Shown: positions 41,894-53,530, counted from the stretch's first letter. The stretch is DNA of 64,000 bases from Dehalococcoidia bacterium (GCA_965243495.1 CBDEUZ010000007.1:295743-359742); one strand, 5' to 3'. Made by a program: numbers and translations. The notes: a model not told the origin generated them from the letters alone.

Positions 41894-42424
41894 TTAGCTC
41901 CTCTCCTCCAACTGTCTGCGTCTTTGATCCAGGATATTCACAATACTGCTCACATGAGTATGCAATACACTGACCAGTCGTTGGCTCACACCGTTCATCG
42001 CGCCCATCACCTGCGCCAGCAGCACTTCTCGCGGTGGAAGCGTCGCCAATCGCTCAAGCTGCGGCGGCGAAACGACGCGACTTTCAAGAACCGCGTTCGT
42101 AATCCGCAGCTGCATCCGGTTCGTTCGGACGTACGTCGTGAGAGCCTGTATGACGGGAATCGGGTCTTCTCTCGTCACAATCAGGCCCACGGAACCATCC
42201 AGCAGGCTGCCAATCTCGTCCCCTTGCCCCAACGACTCAGCCGCCCTCAGGGCCAGGCGATTCTTGACGATGCGATAGCGCGTGTCATTGATACGCAGGG
42301 CCCCACGCAGTCCCTCCATCTCCTGGACGGAGAGCCCGGAATGGGCCGCGCCGATAATCAGAGACGCGCCATCAAGGAACTCCTTGAGTTCCTGTACCTG
42401 TTCGATTTTCTTTGCTGCTGGCAT
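41894..42424 (-). CDS. rplJ: 50S ribosomal protein L10
   Basis: 176 aa, positioned in the L11-L1-L10-L7/L12 operon. Confidence 0.95.
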   Translation of the reverse strand: MPAAKKIEQVQELKEFLDGASLIIGAAHSGLSVQEMEGLRGALRINDTRYRIVKNRLALRAAESLGQGDEIGSLLDGSVGLIVTREDPIPVIQALTTYVRTNRMQLRITNAVLESRVVSPPQLERLATLPPREVLLAQVMGAMNGVSQRLVSVLHTHVSSIVNILDQRRRQLEERS

Positions 42425-42448
42425 GGTGTCGTCTTTCGGTTACATCAG

Positions 42449-43165
42449 TTAGTCAACAGGTTGCAGGGCGCTTGCTGCAATGGGATCGATACGAACACCG
42501 GGACCCATAGAGCTGGAAACACTGACGCTGCGGATAAATTGACCACGCACCACTTCCGGTCGGGCCTGCGTAATGGCGCTCACCAGAGCGGCCATGTTGC
42601 CCATTAGGTTTTCCGGCTCAAAGCTCGCCTTTCCGATGGGGCTATGGATAATGCCGGTTCGATCAAGCCGAAACTCAACCCGCCCCTTTCGGGCCTCTTC
42701 AATAGCACGCGGCAAATCCTGCGGCTGTACCACAGTGTTTCCTCGCGGGCTCGGCATGAGACCCCGGCGTCCAAGGACACGCCCCAGGCGTCCGATGCGG
42801 CCCATGATGTCCGGCGTTGCCAGCGCGACGTCAAAGTCCGTCCAGCCGCCCTCGATTCGTTCAACCAGGTCGTCTGAACCCACAAAGTCGGCGCCTGCTT
42901 CATTGGCAAGCCGCTCACCCTCTCCCTGCGCGAACACGAGGACGCGGACTGCTTTGCCGAGTCCATGCGGGAGTAGAGCGACACCACGTACCTGTTGGTC
43001 CGCCTGTCGGGGGTCAACGTTGAGGCGTATGTGCAACTCCACCGTCTCGTCGAATTTCGCGGTGGCGGAATCTTTGACGAGGCTTATCGCGGCATCCGGC
43101 TCGTAGAAAGTGAGATGCTCGATCGGGTCGGCGGCCTGATTGTATCGCTTGCTGTGCTTTGGCAT
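42449..43165 (-). CDS. rplA: 50S ribosomal protein L1
   Basis: 238 aa, conserved N-terminus. Confidence 0.95.
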   Translation of the reverse strand: MPKHSKRYNQAADPIEHLTFYEPDAAISLVKDSATAKFDETVELHIRLNVDPRQADQQVRGVALLPHGLGKAVRVLVFAQGEGERLANEAGADFVGSDDLVERIEGGWTDFDVALATPDIMGRIGRLGRVLGRRGLMPSPRGNTVVQPQDLPRAIEEARKGRVEFRLDRTGIIHSPIGKASFEPENLMGNMAALVSAITQARPEVVRGQFIRSVSVSSSMGPGVRIDPIAASALQPVD

Positions 43166-43183
43166 CTGTCGATTATCCGTGGC

Positions 43184-43609
43184 TTAGTCACTAATGTCGA
43201 TGCCCATGCTGCGGGCGGAGCCCATCACCATCTGCATCGCAGCTTCAACATTGTCTGTGTTGAGATCCTCCAACTTCAGCTGGGCAATCTCTCGCACCTG
43301 GTCTCGAGTGACCGTCGCGACACGTTCCGTCCGCACGTCTGAACTGCCCTTTTCGATACCTGCAGCTTTGCGCAGGAGATCGGACGCAGGGGGCGTCTTT
43401 GTGACAAACGTGAACGATCGATCCTCATAGATCGTGATGTCAACGGGAATGATATTGCCGGTCTGATCCGCAGTCCGCGCATTGTACTCCTTGACGAATC
43501 CCATGATGTTAACGCCATGGGGGCCAAGAGCCGTACCGACGGGCGGCGCGGGCGTTGCTTTGCCTGCCTGGATTTGCAGGCGCACTACCGACCGTACTTT
43601 GCGTGCCAT
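43184..43609 (-). CDS. rplK: 50S ribosomal protein L11
   Basis: 141 aa, PPVGPALGQ-like motif ([15 protein letters not shown]). Confidence 0.95.
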   Translation of the reverse strand: MARKVRSVVRLQIQAGKATPAPPVGTALGPHGVNIMGFVKEYNARTADQTGNIIPVDITIYEDRSFTFVTKTPPASDLLRKAAGIEKGSSDVRTERVATVTRDQVREIAQLKLEDLNTDNVEAAMQMVMGSARSMGIDISD

Positions 43610-43667
43610 TCTTTCGTATTACTCCGTTGGGTGGTGTCTAAAGTCAGGCGACAAATGGTTGAAGCCG

Positions 43668-44228
43668 TTAAAGCTTCTCAATCTGCAAGAAGTCCAGCTC
43701 CACGGGCGTTTCACGGCCGAAGAACGAAACCATCACAACAACCTTGCCGCGATCCGGGCTGACTTCCTCAACCGTGCCGATGAAGTCAAGGAACGGGCCG
43801 TCCGTAATACGCACGCTCTGCCCCTTCTGATACCCCACGCGAACACGCGGCGCTTCTTGCTCCATCTGATCCAGGATGGACCGTACTTCATTCTCATCCA
43901 GTGGAACCGGCCGCGGCGGGTCTCCGCTGCTCACGAAACCGGTGACGCCGGGGGTTTCCCGAACCACGCGCCACGTTTCGTCATCCATCATCATCTCAAC
44001 AAGGATGTAGCCCGGGAATACTTTACGGGTCACAGTGCGCTTCTGCCCGGAGCGGATTTCAATCTCATCTTCAGTGGGCACAATGACGCGGTAGACCCGA
44101 TCCCTGACATCCAGCGAGTCGATCCGATTCTCCAGATTGCGTTGGACGCGATCCTCCTGTCCTGAGTACGTGTGAACCACGTACCAATGGCTCTGTTCTT
44201 CGCGAATCTCGCTTTGCTGGGTGGTCAT
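43668..44228 (-). CDS. nusG: transcription termination/antitermination factor NusG
   Basis: 186 aa, NGN domain ([12 protein letters not shown]) plus a C-terminal KOW. Confidence 0.95.
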   Translation of the reverse strand: MTTQQSEIREEQSHWYVVHTYSGQEDRVQRNLENRIDSLDVRDRVYRVIVPTEDEIEIRSGQKRTVTRKVFPGYILVEMMMDDETWRVVRETPGVTGFVSSGDPPRPVPLDENEVRSILDQMEQEAPRVRVGYQKGQSVRITDGPFLDFIGTVEEVSPDRGKVVVMVSFFGRETPVELDFLQIEKL

Positions 44229-44251
44229 GGTTTGTCTGTCCGAACTAACGA

Positions 44252-44482
44252 CTAAACACCCAGGATGAACTCGGTCATCAAGAAGTTGAAGACGTAGTCC
44301 ACACCACCGAGGAACAATCCAACTACTGTGGAAACGACCAACACCATGATGGTGAGACGGACGGCCTCTTCACGAGACGGCCACGTCACGCGCCGGAGTT
44401 CGGTGATAACCTCACGCGGCAGGCGCGTCATGGAGCCCGCGCCAGGGCGGCGTGTGCTGGTAGTCGGAGTGCGTGTGCTCAC
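44252..44482 (-). CDS. secE: preprotein translocase subunit SecE
   Basis: 76 aa with a single C-terminal TM helix, between rpmG and nusG. Confidence 0.85.
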   Translation of the reverse strand: MSTRTPTTSTRRPGAGSMTRLPREVITELRRVTWPSREEAVRLTIMVLVVSTVVGLFLGGVDYVFNFLMTEFILGV

Positions 44483-44502
44483 GGAATTACCGAACGGTCT
44501 GC

Positions 44503-44670
44503 CTATCGGACTTCACGGTGAAGACGGCGCCCATGACAGCGCGGGCAGAACTTGTTGAGTTCCATTCGCTGTGTGTCATTGCGGCGGTTCTTCATAGAGG
44601 AGTAATTGCGCTCACGGCATTCCACGCATGCCATAGTGATAACGATGCGATTCCCCTGTTTCTTTGCCAT
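44503..44670 (-). CDS. rpmG: 50S ribosomal protein L33
   Basis: Not in the ORF track. The minus-strand translation is [55 protein letters not shown], with the Cys4 zinc ribbon typical of L33. It lies between tuf and secE. Confidence 0.85.
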   Translation of the reverse strand: MAKKQGNRIVITMACVECRERNYSSMKNRRNDTQRMELNKFCPRCHGRRLHREVR

Positions 44671-44712
44671 GGTTGCCTCGTTGTCCGTGAGCGCCTCTCC
44701 GATTCGCCGTTT

Positions 44713-45912
44713 CTACTGGATGATGCCGGTGATTACGCCGGATCCAACGGTTCGGCCTCCTTCACGGATGGCGAAACGCAGTCCCTCTTCCATCGCGACA
44801 GGCGTGATGAGTTCGATGCGCATTTCAACGTTATCCCCAGGCATCACCATCTCTGTGCCTTCAGGAAGGTGCGCGGAGCCCGTAACGTCCGTGGTGCGGA
44901 TGTAGAACTGCGGCTTGTAGCCATCGAAGAATGGCGTATGTCGCCCGCCTTCATCTCGCGTCAGAACGTACACCTGCGCCGCCGCCTGGGTATGCGGCGT
45001 GATGGAGCTCGGCCTGGAGACCACCTGCCCCCGCTCCACATCATCGCGCTCAATACCCCGAAGAAGGAGACCGACTGCATCACCCGGCTCCGTCTCGTCG
45101 ACGATCTTATGGAACATTTCAATACCTGTGACGACGGTCTTCCTCTGCTCGCCGAAGCCGACGATCTCGACCTCTTCGCCAACTTTCATGATGCCGCGCT
45201 CGACACGGCCGGTCACGACGGTGCCACGGCCCTTGATGCCAAAGACATCCTCAATGGGCATTAGGAAAGCTTGATCGCGCGGGCGCTCCGGCTCCGGGAT
45301 GTAAGAGTCAACAGCTTCCATCAACTGGAGGATGGAAGCATATTCCGCCGCGCTCGCATCGCTCGCATCGCTCTCCAAGGCCTGCAGGGCGCTTCCGCGG
45401 ATGAACGGGATGTCATCACCAGGGAAGTCGTACGTCGAAAGGAGTTCTCGGACTTCCATCTCGACGAGTTCAAGGAGCTCCTCGTCATCCATCATGTCGA
45501 CCTTGTTGAGGTAGACGACGATGCGGGGAACTTCTACCTGCCGGGCGAGAAGGATGTGCTCTCGCGTCTGAGGCATGGGGCCGTCAGGAGCACTCACAAC
45601 GAGGATCGCGCCATCCATCTGTGCCGCGCCGGTAATCATGTTCTTGATGTAGTCGGCGTGACCGGGACAATCGACGTGCGCGTAATGGCGACTCGCCGTT
45701 TCATACTCGACGTGCGCGATATTAATCGTCACGCCGCGAGCCCGCTCTTCGGGGGCATTGTCGATTGAGTCAAAGGGCCGAAAATCGCTTGTGCCGGCGA
45801 GATTCAGCACCTTGGTGATCGCTGCGGTAAGCGAGGTCTTGCCATGGTCCACGTGACCAATCGTCCCGACGTTGAGATGCGGCTTGTTCCGCACAAACTT
45901 CTGCTTCGCCAT
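44713..45912 (-). CDS. tuf: elongation factor Tu
   Basis: 399 aa, [15 protein letters not shown] and DCPGHADY motifs. Confidence 0.97.
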   Translation of the reverse strand: MAKQKFVRNKPHLNVGTIGHVDHGKTSLTAAITKVLNLAGTSDFRPFDSIDNAPEERARGVTINIAHVEYETASRHYAHVDCPGHADYIKNMITGAAQMDGAILVVSAPDGPMPQTREHILLARQVEVPRIVVYLNKVDMMDDEELLELVEMEVRELLSTYDFPGDDIPFIRGSALQALESDASDASAAEYASILQLMEAVDSYIPEPERPRDQAFLMPIEDVFGIKGRGTVVTGRVERGIMKVGEEVEIVGFGEQRKTVVTGIEMFHKIVDETEPGDAVGLLLRGIERDDVERGQVVSRPSSITPHTQAAAQVYVLTRDEGGRHTPFFDGYKPQFYIRTTDVTGSAHLPEGTEMVMPGDNVEMRIELITPVAMEEGLRFAIREGGRTVGSGVITGIIQ

Positions 45913-45934
45913 TCCCTCCCGTCCTCCTTCGAGC

Positions 45935-46010
45935 TGGAGCCCACAACCAGATTCGAACTGGTGACCTCGTTCTTACCAAGAACGTGCTCTACCTCCTGAG
46001 CTATGTGGGC
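45935..46010 (-). tRNA. tRNA-Thr (anticodon GGT)
   Basis: 76-nt cloverleaf on the minus strand. Acceptor GCCCACA/TGTGGGC, anticodon loop UUGGUAA, T-loop TTCGAAT, encoded CCA. Immediately upstream of tuf, as thrT-tufB in E. coli. Confidence 0.85.
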
Positions 46011-46083
46011 CTCTCTCTCCTTTCCTGTTTTTCTGCTTCTACTCCATGTATTGTCGTGTCTACGGGCGGCATACGCATGATGC

Positions 46084-46159
46084 TGGAGCCCGAGAGGGGA
46101 TTCGAACCCGCTAACCTGCCGATTACAAATCGGCTGCGCTACCCTTGCGCCACTCGGGC
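46084..46159 (-). tRNA. tRNA-Thr (anticodon TGT), T-stem with one mismatch
   Basis: 76 nt. Acceptor GCCCGAG/CTCGGGC, anticodon loop UUUGUAA, T-loop TTCGAAT, CCA. The T-stem GCGGG/CCCCT has a C-C mismatch, so the call is less certain. Confidence 0.55.
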
Positions 46160-46259
46160 CCGGGCCCTTCTCCGTTACGGCACAACAAAAGGAGCTAGCG
46201 GTTGCTAGCCCAATTCAGTATGAGTTGCAGGCTATCAATCGTCAAGTAGACGACGCACT

Positions 46260-47474
46260 TCAGAGAAGGGAATCCTCCGCAGCCCGCCGCACGATGTCAT
46301 AGACGCGACCCAACGGCAGGGAGGACTGTTCCGCCAGCTGTCGGCAATCCTCATATTCAGGGGAGATACCGACTATCTCACCCTCTGCGGCCAGCCGCTT
46401 AATCTTGACGTTCGCCGGGCCGAGTGGAGTCTCAATCACGACCGACTCCCTGACTGCTTCATAGCGGGTGACGGCAGTAACGCGAACCCCAAGCGTGGTT
46501 GTTTCACGGAGCAGCTCACGGACGATTACATCCTTCGCAGATTCCGGCGCGATGATGGACACGATTACACCGGGGCGGCCCTTCTTCATCTGGACATTCT
46601 GTAACCAGATATCTCGCGCGCCAGCTGTCATTAAGCGCTCACGAACGTAGTCATAGACTTCTGGGTTCATATCATCGATCGTTGTTTCGATCATTGCCAT
46701 TGGCCGGGTTTGGATTGGCTCGGCAGCCGCCTCTCCGACGACGAGCGTGACAATGTTTGCCCTGCCCTTGGGGTCTTTCGTGCCTGCGCCGTAGCCGACG
46801 GAGTGAACCGCGTTCATTGCAGGAGGAGGGTCAAAGGAGGCAAGCGTTGTGACGATTGCCGCGCCGGTTGGAGTCACCAATTCCCCTGTTTGCTGACCCT
46901 CACCACTCGCTGGCGGCGGCAGTGTGGGCGCTCCTGCCAATCGCATGATTTCCAGCACGCCGGGGGCCGGTACTGGCAGAATCCCATGCTGAGTCGTCAC
47001 GCGGCCCGTCGCCAACGGGAGACCGGTCGAATAGAGAGTTTCGATTCCAAGTTCATCCAGCCCAACGAGCGTTCCGACAATGTCAACAAGCGTATCGGCT
47101 GATCCGAGTTCCGCGAGTTCTACAGACTCAGCGCTGCCGCCGTGGACAAGTGCTTCCGCCTCACCAATACGGCGCAAGATAGCGACTGCTCGTTGAATAA
47201 CACTTGCCGGGAGATTGGCTTTCTCAACCCAATCAATCAGATCTCTCAGCGGTGTATGGCCGCGTTCAACGGCATCGCCGCCCTGCACTTTGATATGTGT
47301 TGCGCGGATTCCAGCCCGGGAAGTCTCCACCGGCATAAGCCGAATCGGCTCGTCCGGAAAGACGCAATCAATCGCTTCGTTCATCGCGTCCACAGGAGCG
47401 CCGGCGTCCACAAGCGCGCCAAGCAGCATATCGCCGCTGACGCCGTTTGCGCATTGCAGCCACGCGATTCGCAT
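46260..47474 (-). CDS. larC: LarC-family nickel insertion protein (DUF111)
   Basis: 404 aa, N-terminal MRIAWLQCANGVSGDMLLGALVDAG. Confidence 0.8.
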   Translation of the reverse strand: MRIAWLQCANGVSGDMLLGALVDAGAPVDAMNEAIDCVFPDEPIRLMPVETSRAGIRATHIKVQGGDAVERGHTPLRDLIDWVEKANLPASVIQRAVAILRRIGEAEALVHGGSAESVELAELGSADTLVDIVGTLVGLDELGIETLYSTGLPLATGRVTTQHGILPVPAPGVLEIMRLAGAPTLPPPASGEGQQTGELVTPTGAAIVTTLASFDPPPAMNAVHSVGYGAGTKDPKGRANIVTLVVGEAAAEPIQTRPMAMIETTIDDMNPEVYDYVRERLMTAGARDIWLQNVQMKKGRPGVIVSIIAPESAKDVIVRELLRETTTLGVRVTAVTRYEAVRESVVIETPLGPANVKIKRLAAEGEIVGISPEYEDCRQLAEQSSLPLGRVYDIVRRAAEDSLL

Positions 47475-47482
47475 ATGGCGCC

Positions 47483-48364
47483 CTACCCGTTCCGCTTGAT
47501 CAATTCCGCCGAGCCACCTTGGTTTGAGGAGATTGCAGCCTTTCGTGTGTTCAGGCTGCCGGTCTTGTATCCCGCAAGGTCCAGTGTGACGAATAGATAG
47601 CCTAGGTCACGAATGTGGTTGATCAGGTCCTCACGCAGATCCTCAGCGATCAGGCGCTGCATATCCTCGGGCGGGACTTCGATTCTGGCAATGGCACCGT
47701 GATGGCGCACGCGAACCTGCCTGAAGTCGTGCTCATGGAGATATTTCTCCGCGCGGGCAATCTTGTCGAGCAACTCAAATGAGACAGGCGTGCCCAACGG
47801 AATTCGGGAGGCGAGGCATGACTCAGCAGGCTTATCCCAGTTGGGCAGACCACGTTCACGTGCCAGTTGGCGAACTTCCTCCTTGGTCAGACCGACCTCC
47901 ACAAAGGGGCTGCGGACACCTTGCTCGTCCTTTGCCTTAAGGCCGGGGCGCACGTCTCCCAGGTCATCAATGAGAGTGCCGTCAATGATCCACGGAATCC
48001 CGCGTTCCTGCGCAACTGTGTGCAGCTGCGAGAACAGGTCAACGCGGCAGAAATAACAGCGCCGGCCATCATTCGCCGCAAATCCCTCCATGTCCAGCTG
48101 GTCGGTATAGAAGAACTCGTGACGAGCATCCAGGAATGCGGCAATGTCGCGGGCATCTTCGGCTTCGGAATCGGCGAATGTGGGAGAGAGCGCAGTGACC
48201 GCAAGAGCGTCCTGCCCCAGGACCTCAACCGCCTCGGCAAGAAGGAGACTGGAGTCGACCCCTCCCGAAAAGGAAACGACGATAGACCCCATCTCACGGA
48301 GCAGCGTGTGAAGTTGCTCGCGTTTTTCCGCGATTTCAGGAGAGCGGTCAAGATTCCCGTTCAT
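47483..48364 (-). CDS. larE: ATP-dependent sacrificial sulfur transferase LarE (PP-loop ATP pyrophosphatase)
   Basis: 293 aa, PP-loop VVSFSGGVDSSLLLAEA. Operonic with larC. Confidence 0.8.
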   Translation of the reverse strand: MNGNLDRSPEIAEKREQLHTLLREMGSIVVSFSGGVDSSLLLAEAVEVLGQDALAVTALSPTFADSEAEDARDIAAFLDARHEFFYTDQLDMEGFAANDGRRCYFCRVDLFSQLHTVAQERGIPWIIDGTLIDDLGDVRPGLKAKDEQGVRSPFVEVGLTKEEVRQLARERGLPNWDKPAESCLASRIPLGTPVSFELLDKIARAEKYLHEHDFRQVRVRHHGAIARIEVPPEDMQRLIAEDLREDLINHIRDLGYLFVTLDLAGYKTGSLNTRKAAISSNQGGSAELIKRNG

Positions 48365-48373
48365 GGTTTTCCT

Positions 48374-49789
48374 TCACCCTGTCCCTCTCCCGGGAGAGGG
48401 GATTTCCAACTCACTGGCTTGAGGGTATTCAGAAAGGGCTAGCTCAACGGCTTCGTGGAGTGTCGCGGCGGGAACGACTGCGATGGGTGTTTCAGGCGCA
48501 GAAACAGCGTCCGGGGGCGCAATAATGCGGCGGTAGCCCCGGCGAGCAGTCTCGTTGATGCGGCGTTGGAGCTGGGGAACACGCCGAATATCGCCGGTAA
48601 GGCCAATCTCGCCCACTGCCGCAAGATCCGACGCAGCAGGAACGTCTCGAAGGCTTGAAACGATGGCGAGCGCAATCGCGAGATCTGCGGACGGAGTTGT
48701 GATGCGGAGCCCGCCGATAGCGTTAACGATGATGTCGTGCTTTCCGAGTGGCAGCCGTAGTCGTCGTGAGAGAACAGCACATATCAGCAGTAGGCGGTTG
48801 AGATCGACGCCCGTCGCCATACGCCGCGGATCCGCCCCGCCGGAAGGAGCAACAAGGGCCTGTATCTCGACCAACAGAGGGCGCGTTCCTTCAACGATGG
48901 GCGTAACGATGGAACCTGGCGCGGTGGATGTTCGTTCCTGTGTAAGGGCGGCGGAGGGATCATCCACCTCTCTCAAGCCCATGTCGGTCATTTCGAGGAC
49001 GGCAATCTCCTCCGTGGAGCCGAAACGGTTCTTGACGCACCGGGCAACACGGTAGGGGCCGAGACCCTCCCCTTCCAGGTACAGAACAACGTCAACTGCG
49101 TGTTCAAGCACGCGCGGACCCGCAATTGCACCGTCTTTGGTCACATGGCCGGTCATGATGATGGACACACCTCGGCGGCGCCCCCACTCGACAAGCCGTG
49201 CGCCGCACTCTCGCACCTGTGCCACGGTTCCGACTGATGACGATGTGTCAGTCCTCAGTGTTTGAATGGAATCCACGAGCAAAAGGCTTGGAGGGTCATC
49301 GCTGAGTGCGTGCAAGAGTGCGTCAATATTCGTTTCAGACAATAGCGTCACACCGTCGCCCGCAAGGGACAGACGGGCTGCACGGAGGGCGATCTGCTCC
49401 GGGGATTCCTCTCCGGCCACGTAGACCACACCCGCTCCCGCCTTTCCCAGTGCCGAGGCGATTTGCAGCAGCAAGGTTGATTTACCGATGCCGGGCTCGC
49501 CCCCAAGCAGGGTGACGCTGCCGGACACAACACCGCCGCCAAGAACGGTCATAAGCTCCGGCATGCTGGACACCGCAATCCGTGAAGGTTGCGCCGCGGT
49601 CTGCTCCATGAGGGTTGCCAACGCGGCAGGCGGAGAAGAGGCCTCGAACACGCCGCCACCAAATCCGGTGGATTCTGCGGTGACCTCAACAAGGGAGCCC
49701 CACGTTTCACACCGTGGGCAACGTCCCTCCCAGCGGGACGACTCCACCCCACAAGCCGTGCAGCTATACGAAACGCGCGGTCGTGGCAT
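48374..49789 (-). CDS. radA: DNA repair protein RadA (Sms)
   Basis: 471 aa. C4 zinc finger (CTACG...CPRC), Walker A GGEPGIGKSTLLLQ and a Lon-like C-terminal domain. The final ~8 codons run into a ccctctcccgggagaggg repeat module. Confidence 0.95.
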   Translation of the reverse strand: MPRPRVSYSCTACGVESSRWEGRCPRCETWGSLVEVTAESTGFGGGVFEASSPPAALATLMEQTAAQPSRIAVSSMPELMTVLGGGVVSGSVTLLGGEPGIGKSTLLLQIASALGKAGAGVVYVAGEESPEQIALRAARLSLAGDGVTLLSETNIDALLHALSDDPPSLLLVDSIQTLRTDTSSSVGTVAQVRECGARLVEWGRRRGVSIIMTGHVTKDGAIAGPRVLEHAVDVVLYLEGEGLGPYRVARCVKNRFGSTEEIAVLEMTDMGLREVDDPSAALTQERTSTAPGSIVTPIVEGTRPLLVEIQALVAPSGGADPRRMATGVDLNRLLLICAVLSRRLRLPLGKHDIIVNAIGGLRITTPSADLAIALAIVSSLRDVPAASDLAAVGEIGLTGDIRRVPQLQRRINETARRGYRRIIAPPDAVSAPETPIAVVPAATLHEAVELALSEYPQASELEIPSPGRGTG

Positions 49790-49810
49790 CGTGCCAGACC
49801 CGACCGTCAG

Positions 49811-52336
49811 CTAGCCCGCCACCTCGACGGTCTCGGGAGCTTCAGGGGCTTCAGGAGTCTCAGGACTGTCGGCAGGTACAGTTTGCTTGGCCGAACCATG
49901 CGCGGTGACTGTGACGACAACCTCTTCATCCACGTAGTCAACGCGGACCGCGTCTCCCTCAGCGATGTCGCCACTCAGGATTTCGTCGGAGAGCCTGTCT
50001 TCAATCATGTCCTGGATAACGCGTCGAAGCGGCCGTGCGCCATATGTCTCGTCGTAGCCTTTTTCACCCACATGATCGCGCAGCGCGTCGGTGGCCTCAA
50101 TGCTGATCTTCTTGGTCTCTAGCTGTTTCTCCACGTCTTTCATCATCAGGTCAACAATCTGGCGAATGTGCTCCCGATCAAGCGAGTGGAAGACGACCTG
50201 CGCGTCAATGCGGTTGAGGAACTCAGGCCGGAAGAACTGCTTGACCTCGTCCAGTACCTTGTCCTTCATGCGCTCATAGCTCAAACGGCGCACGTCGGTT
50301 TCGTCACGCGCATAGGAGAACCCGATATTGGAGTTCTTCTTGATGACCTCTGCACCGATGTTGGACGTCATGACGATTATGGCGTTGCGGAAATCAACCT
50401 TGCGGCCCTTGGCATCGGTCAGGTGGCCGTCGTCAAAAATCTGCAACAGGATGTTGAAGACCTCAGGGTGGGCCTTCTCAATCTCATCCAGGAGGATGAC
50501 GCAGTAAGAATTGCGGCGCACGGCTTCCGTCAACTGTCCGCCCTCATCAAAGCCAACGTACCCGGGCGGCGCGCCAACGAGTCTCGCGACGGTGTGGCGC
50601 TCCATGAACTCGGACATGTCCAGCCGTATGAGGGAGTCTTCTGAGCCAAACATGAACTCAGACAACGCTCGGACAAGCTCGGTCTTGCCAACGCCGGTCG
50701 GCCCGAGGAACAGGAAGGTTCCTATAGGGCGGCGGGGGTCCTTGAGTCCTGCCCGCGCGCGGCGAACGGCCTTGGAGACATTGATGATGGCCTCATGCTG
50801 CCCGATGATGCGGTCATGCATCACCTCTTCCATGTGCAAGAGGCGCTCGCTCTCTTCGGCGGCAAGGCGCGTGACCGGGATATTGGTCCACATGCTCACG
50901 ACCTGCGCGATGTCATCCTCTGTTACTTCGGGAGTCGCGCTCTGCTGCTCGTTCTGCCACTCCTGTTCAAGGCGAGCAATACGTTCGGCGAGGCTGACCT
51001 CGCGCTCACGCATCTCAGCGGCGAAATCGAAATTAGCCGCAGCGACAGCGTTATCCTTTTCGGCGCGGACACGCTCAAGTGCCCTCATCGCCTCCTTGAC
51101 GGAGAGCGGCATGGACGAAGCGCGAATGCGGACACGGCTGGCGGCCTCATCGATGAGGTCGATTGCCTTGTCCGGAAGGAAACGATCTGCGATGTACCGG
51201 GAGGCCAACGTAGCGGCGGCCTCGACTGCCTCATCTGTGATGGTGAGGCTGTGGTGCTCCTCATACTGAGACTTGACGCCACGCAGGATTGCTGCGGTGT
51301 CATCAGACGACGGCTCCTCAACGCGGACGGGTTGGAAGCGCCGCTCAAGCGCCGGGTCGCGCTCAACGTAGCGGCGGTAATCGTCCAGGGTCGTGGCGCC
51401 GATTGTTTGGAGCTCACCGCGGGCGAGCGACGGCTTCAGGATGTTGGACGCGTCGACCGCGCCCTCCGCCGCGCCTGCTCCAACAAGCGTGTGCATTTCG
51501 TCGATGAAGAGAATGATGTTCTTCGCGGAGCGGATCTCATCGACGACCTTCTTGAGACGCTCTTCGAATTCACCACGGTACTTGGTGCCGGCGACAAGCG
51601 CGCCCATATCAAGTGTGACGAGCCGCGCGCCGGTGAGACTATCCGGAATATCACTGCTGACAATTCGTTGGGCGAGCGCCTCAACGATGGCAGTTTTCCC
51701 AACGCCTGGCTCGCCGATAAGAACCGGGTTGTTCTTGGTGCGCCGGGAGAGAATCTGAACAACGCGCTCGATTTCCTGTTGACGTCCGATAACGGGGTCC
51801 AAATCGCCTTCACGCGCAAGATGGGTCAGGTCGACGCCCAACTGATCAAGAGTCGGGGTGCGCGTGCTGGAGCGGCCACCCGGCTGTCCGCCCGACTGAC
51901 TCAAAATGCGTTGAGTCTCCTGCCGGACTTTGTCGAGGGTGACGCCCAGGCTTTCGAGGACGCCGGCGGCGACGCCGTCACCTTCCCTAAGCAAGCCGAT
52001 GAGCAAATGCTCGGTTCCGATGTAGTGATGTGACATCTCGCGCGCCTCGTCGACGGCGAGTTCAATGACTTTCTTGGCGCGCGGAGTGAGGCCAACGTCG
52101 CTCGTCGGTTGCTTCTGCCCCCGCCCAATGATAAAGGTGACCGCAGATCGGATCTTGGAGAGATCAACACCCAGAGAGACAAGGACACGCGTGCCGACGC
52201 CCTCCGGCTCACGGGCAAGGCCAAGAAGGACGTGCTCCGTGCCGATATAGTTGTGGTTTAGTTCGCCCGCCTCTTCCTGCGCCAGGGAGAGAACCCGCCT
52301 GGCACGTTCCGAGAACTTCTCAAATCTGCTCGCCAT
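49811..52336 (-). CDS. clpC: ATP-dependent Clp protease ATP-binding subunit ClpC
   Basis: 841 aa, two N-domain repeats, two AAA+ modules ([12 protein letters not shown] ; [14 protein letters not shown]) and a UVR linker. Confidence 0.95.
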   Translation of the reverse strand: MASRFEKFSERARRVLSLAQEEAGELNHNYIGTEHVLLGLAREPEGVGTRVLVSLGVDLSKIRSAVTFIIGRGQKQPTSDVGLTPRAKKVIELAVDEAREMSHHYIGTEHLLIGLLREGDGVAAGVLESLGVTLDKVRQETQRILSQSGGQPGGRSSTRTPTLDQLGVDLTHLAREGDLDPVIGRQQEIERVVQILSRRTKNNPVLIGEPGVGKTAIVEALAQRIVSSDIPDSLTGARLVTLDMGALVAGTKYRGEFEERLKKVVDEIRSAKNIILFIDEMHTLVGAGAAEGAVDASNILKPSLARGELQTIGATTLDDYRRYVERDPALERRFQPVRVEEPSSDDTAAILRGVKSQYEEHHSLTITDEAVEAAATLASRYIADRFLPDKAIDLIDEAASRVRIRASSMPLSVKEAMRALERVRAEKDNAVAAANFDFAAEMREREVSLAERIARLEQEWQNEQQSATPEVTEDDIAQVVSMWTNIPVTRLAAEESERLLHMEEVMHDRIIGQHEAIINVSKAVRRARAGLKDPRRPIGTFLFLGPTGVGKTELVRALSEFMFGSEDSLIRLDMSEFMERHTVARLVGAPPGYVGFDEGGQLTEAVRRNSYCVILLDEIEKAHPEVFNILLQIFDDGHLTDAKGRKVDFRNAIIVMTSNIGAEVIKKNSNIGFSYARDETDVRRLSYERMKDKVLDEVKQFFRPEFLNRIDAQVVFHSLDREHIRQIVDLMMKDVEKQLETKKISIEATDALRDHVGEKGYDETYGARPLRRVIQDMIEDRLSDEILSGDIAEGDAVRVDYVDEEVVVTVTAHGSAKQTVPADSPETPEAPEAPETVEVAG

Positions 52337-52387
52337 TGTTTTCTCCGCTCACCCTAAATTTGGGATTCGCGCCCGCGCCTTCCAATC

Positions 52388-53530
52388 CTATGCTTCCACC
52401 TGGCGTAGGCTGAGGCCTAGCCTGCGTCGCTCCGGTTCAATCCGGAGCACTTTCACCTGCCGCGTGTCTCCCTCCTTGATGACCTCACGCGGATGATTGA
52501 TGTGATGGTCCGCCATCTCCGAGATGTGAATAAGGCCCTCTATATTACTTTGCTCCAAACGTGCAAAAGCGCCAAATACTGCAAGACGGGTCACAGTTGC
52601 CTCAACAATCTGACCCTCCTGATATGCCTCCACCTCCGCAAGCCACGGATCCGGCTGCGTGCGGCGCAGACTCAAAGAGATACGGCCTGTCTCATGGTCG
52701 ACCTTGAGGACATGCACCTCAAGTTCTTGCCCGGTCTGGACAATCTCTGAGGGATGCGTTACAGGTTCCCACGCAAGCTCAGAGACGTGGATAAGGCCGT
52801 CCGCGCCGCCAAGATCAACAAACGCGCCGAAATCACGGACTCCTGTCACCCGGCCCTTGCGAACTGTGCCTTCCTGCAGTTCAGCAAGCAGGGCTTGCCG
52901 CTGCTCAATTCTCATATCTTGGGACGCGGCACGCTCCGAGAGGATGGCCCGCTGGCGGCGGCGATTCACCTCAATAACCTTGAACTGGAACTCCTCGCCA
53001 ACGAGCGTATCGAGCGCCTGCAACTGGTCATCGCCCTCGCCGGACGCGAGTTCGCGGTGCTCAGGAGACAACTGGGACAACGGCACGAACGCCTGGACGC
53101 CTCGCGTTTCGACGAGGATGCCACCCCGATTGTGGCCGATGACTTTGCCAGTGATGAGTTCGTCCGATTCCTTTTCCTTTTCGAGCTGACGCCACCCACG
53201 TTCGGCCTGCGCGCGGTCATAGGAGAGCATATATTGGCCGGCCTCGTCGGTTCGCACGAGAGTTGCAACGATGGAGTCCCCTGCTTTGAGGGCGCGCACC
53301 TCATCCTCTGGGAGGCTTCGCATTTCTCGGTAGGGAATAACCCCTTCGCTCTTCGCTCCGATATTTACAAGGAGTCCCTCTTCGTCAACGTGGACGATGG
53401 TGCCCTCCACGGCTTCGCCACGGCGGAGGACAGGCATATTTTGCCCTTCAGCCTCCAAAAGGCGAGCCATCTCGCTATCCTCTGGCCGTTGCGATTCCTG
53501 TTGACTTCCCTCGACGGGCTCCTGGAGCAT
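52388..53530 (-). CDS. rpsA: 30S ribosomal protein S1 (four S1 domains)
   Basis: The ORF runs to 53716. The start at 53530 (MLQEP...) is preferred because of an AGGGGA Shine-Dalgarno. It carries repeated S1 OB-fold domains. Confidence 0.8.
   Translation of the reverse strand: MLQEPVEGSQQESQRPEDSEMARLLEAEGQNMPVLRRGEAVEGTIVHVDEEGLLVNIGAKSEGVIPYREMRSLPEDEVRALKAGDSIVATLVRTDEAGQYMLSYDRAQAERGWRQLEKEKESDELITGKVIGHNRGGILVETRGVQAFVPLSQLSPEHRELASGEGDDQLQALDTLVGEEFQFKVIEVNRRRQRAILSERAASQDMRIEQRQALLAELQEGTVRKGRVTGVRDFGAFVDLGGADGLIHVSELAWEPVTHPSEIVQTGQELEVHVLKVDHETGRISLSLRRTQPDPWLAEVEAYQEGQIVEATVTRLAVFGAFARLEQSNIEGLIHISEMADHHINHPREVIKEGDTRQVKVLRIEPERRRLGLSLRQVEA

Noticed and set aside
46011-46083. Additional tRNAs (Gly/Tyr) between the two tRNA-Thr genes, as in the E. 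coli thrU-tyrU-glyT-thrT cluster
   Set aside because: The 73-nt spacer is pyrimidine-rich with no cloverleaf potential.
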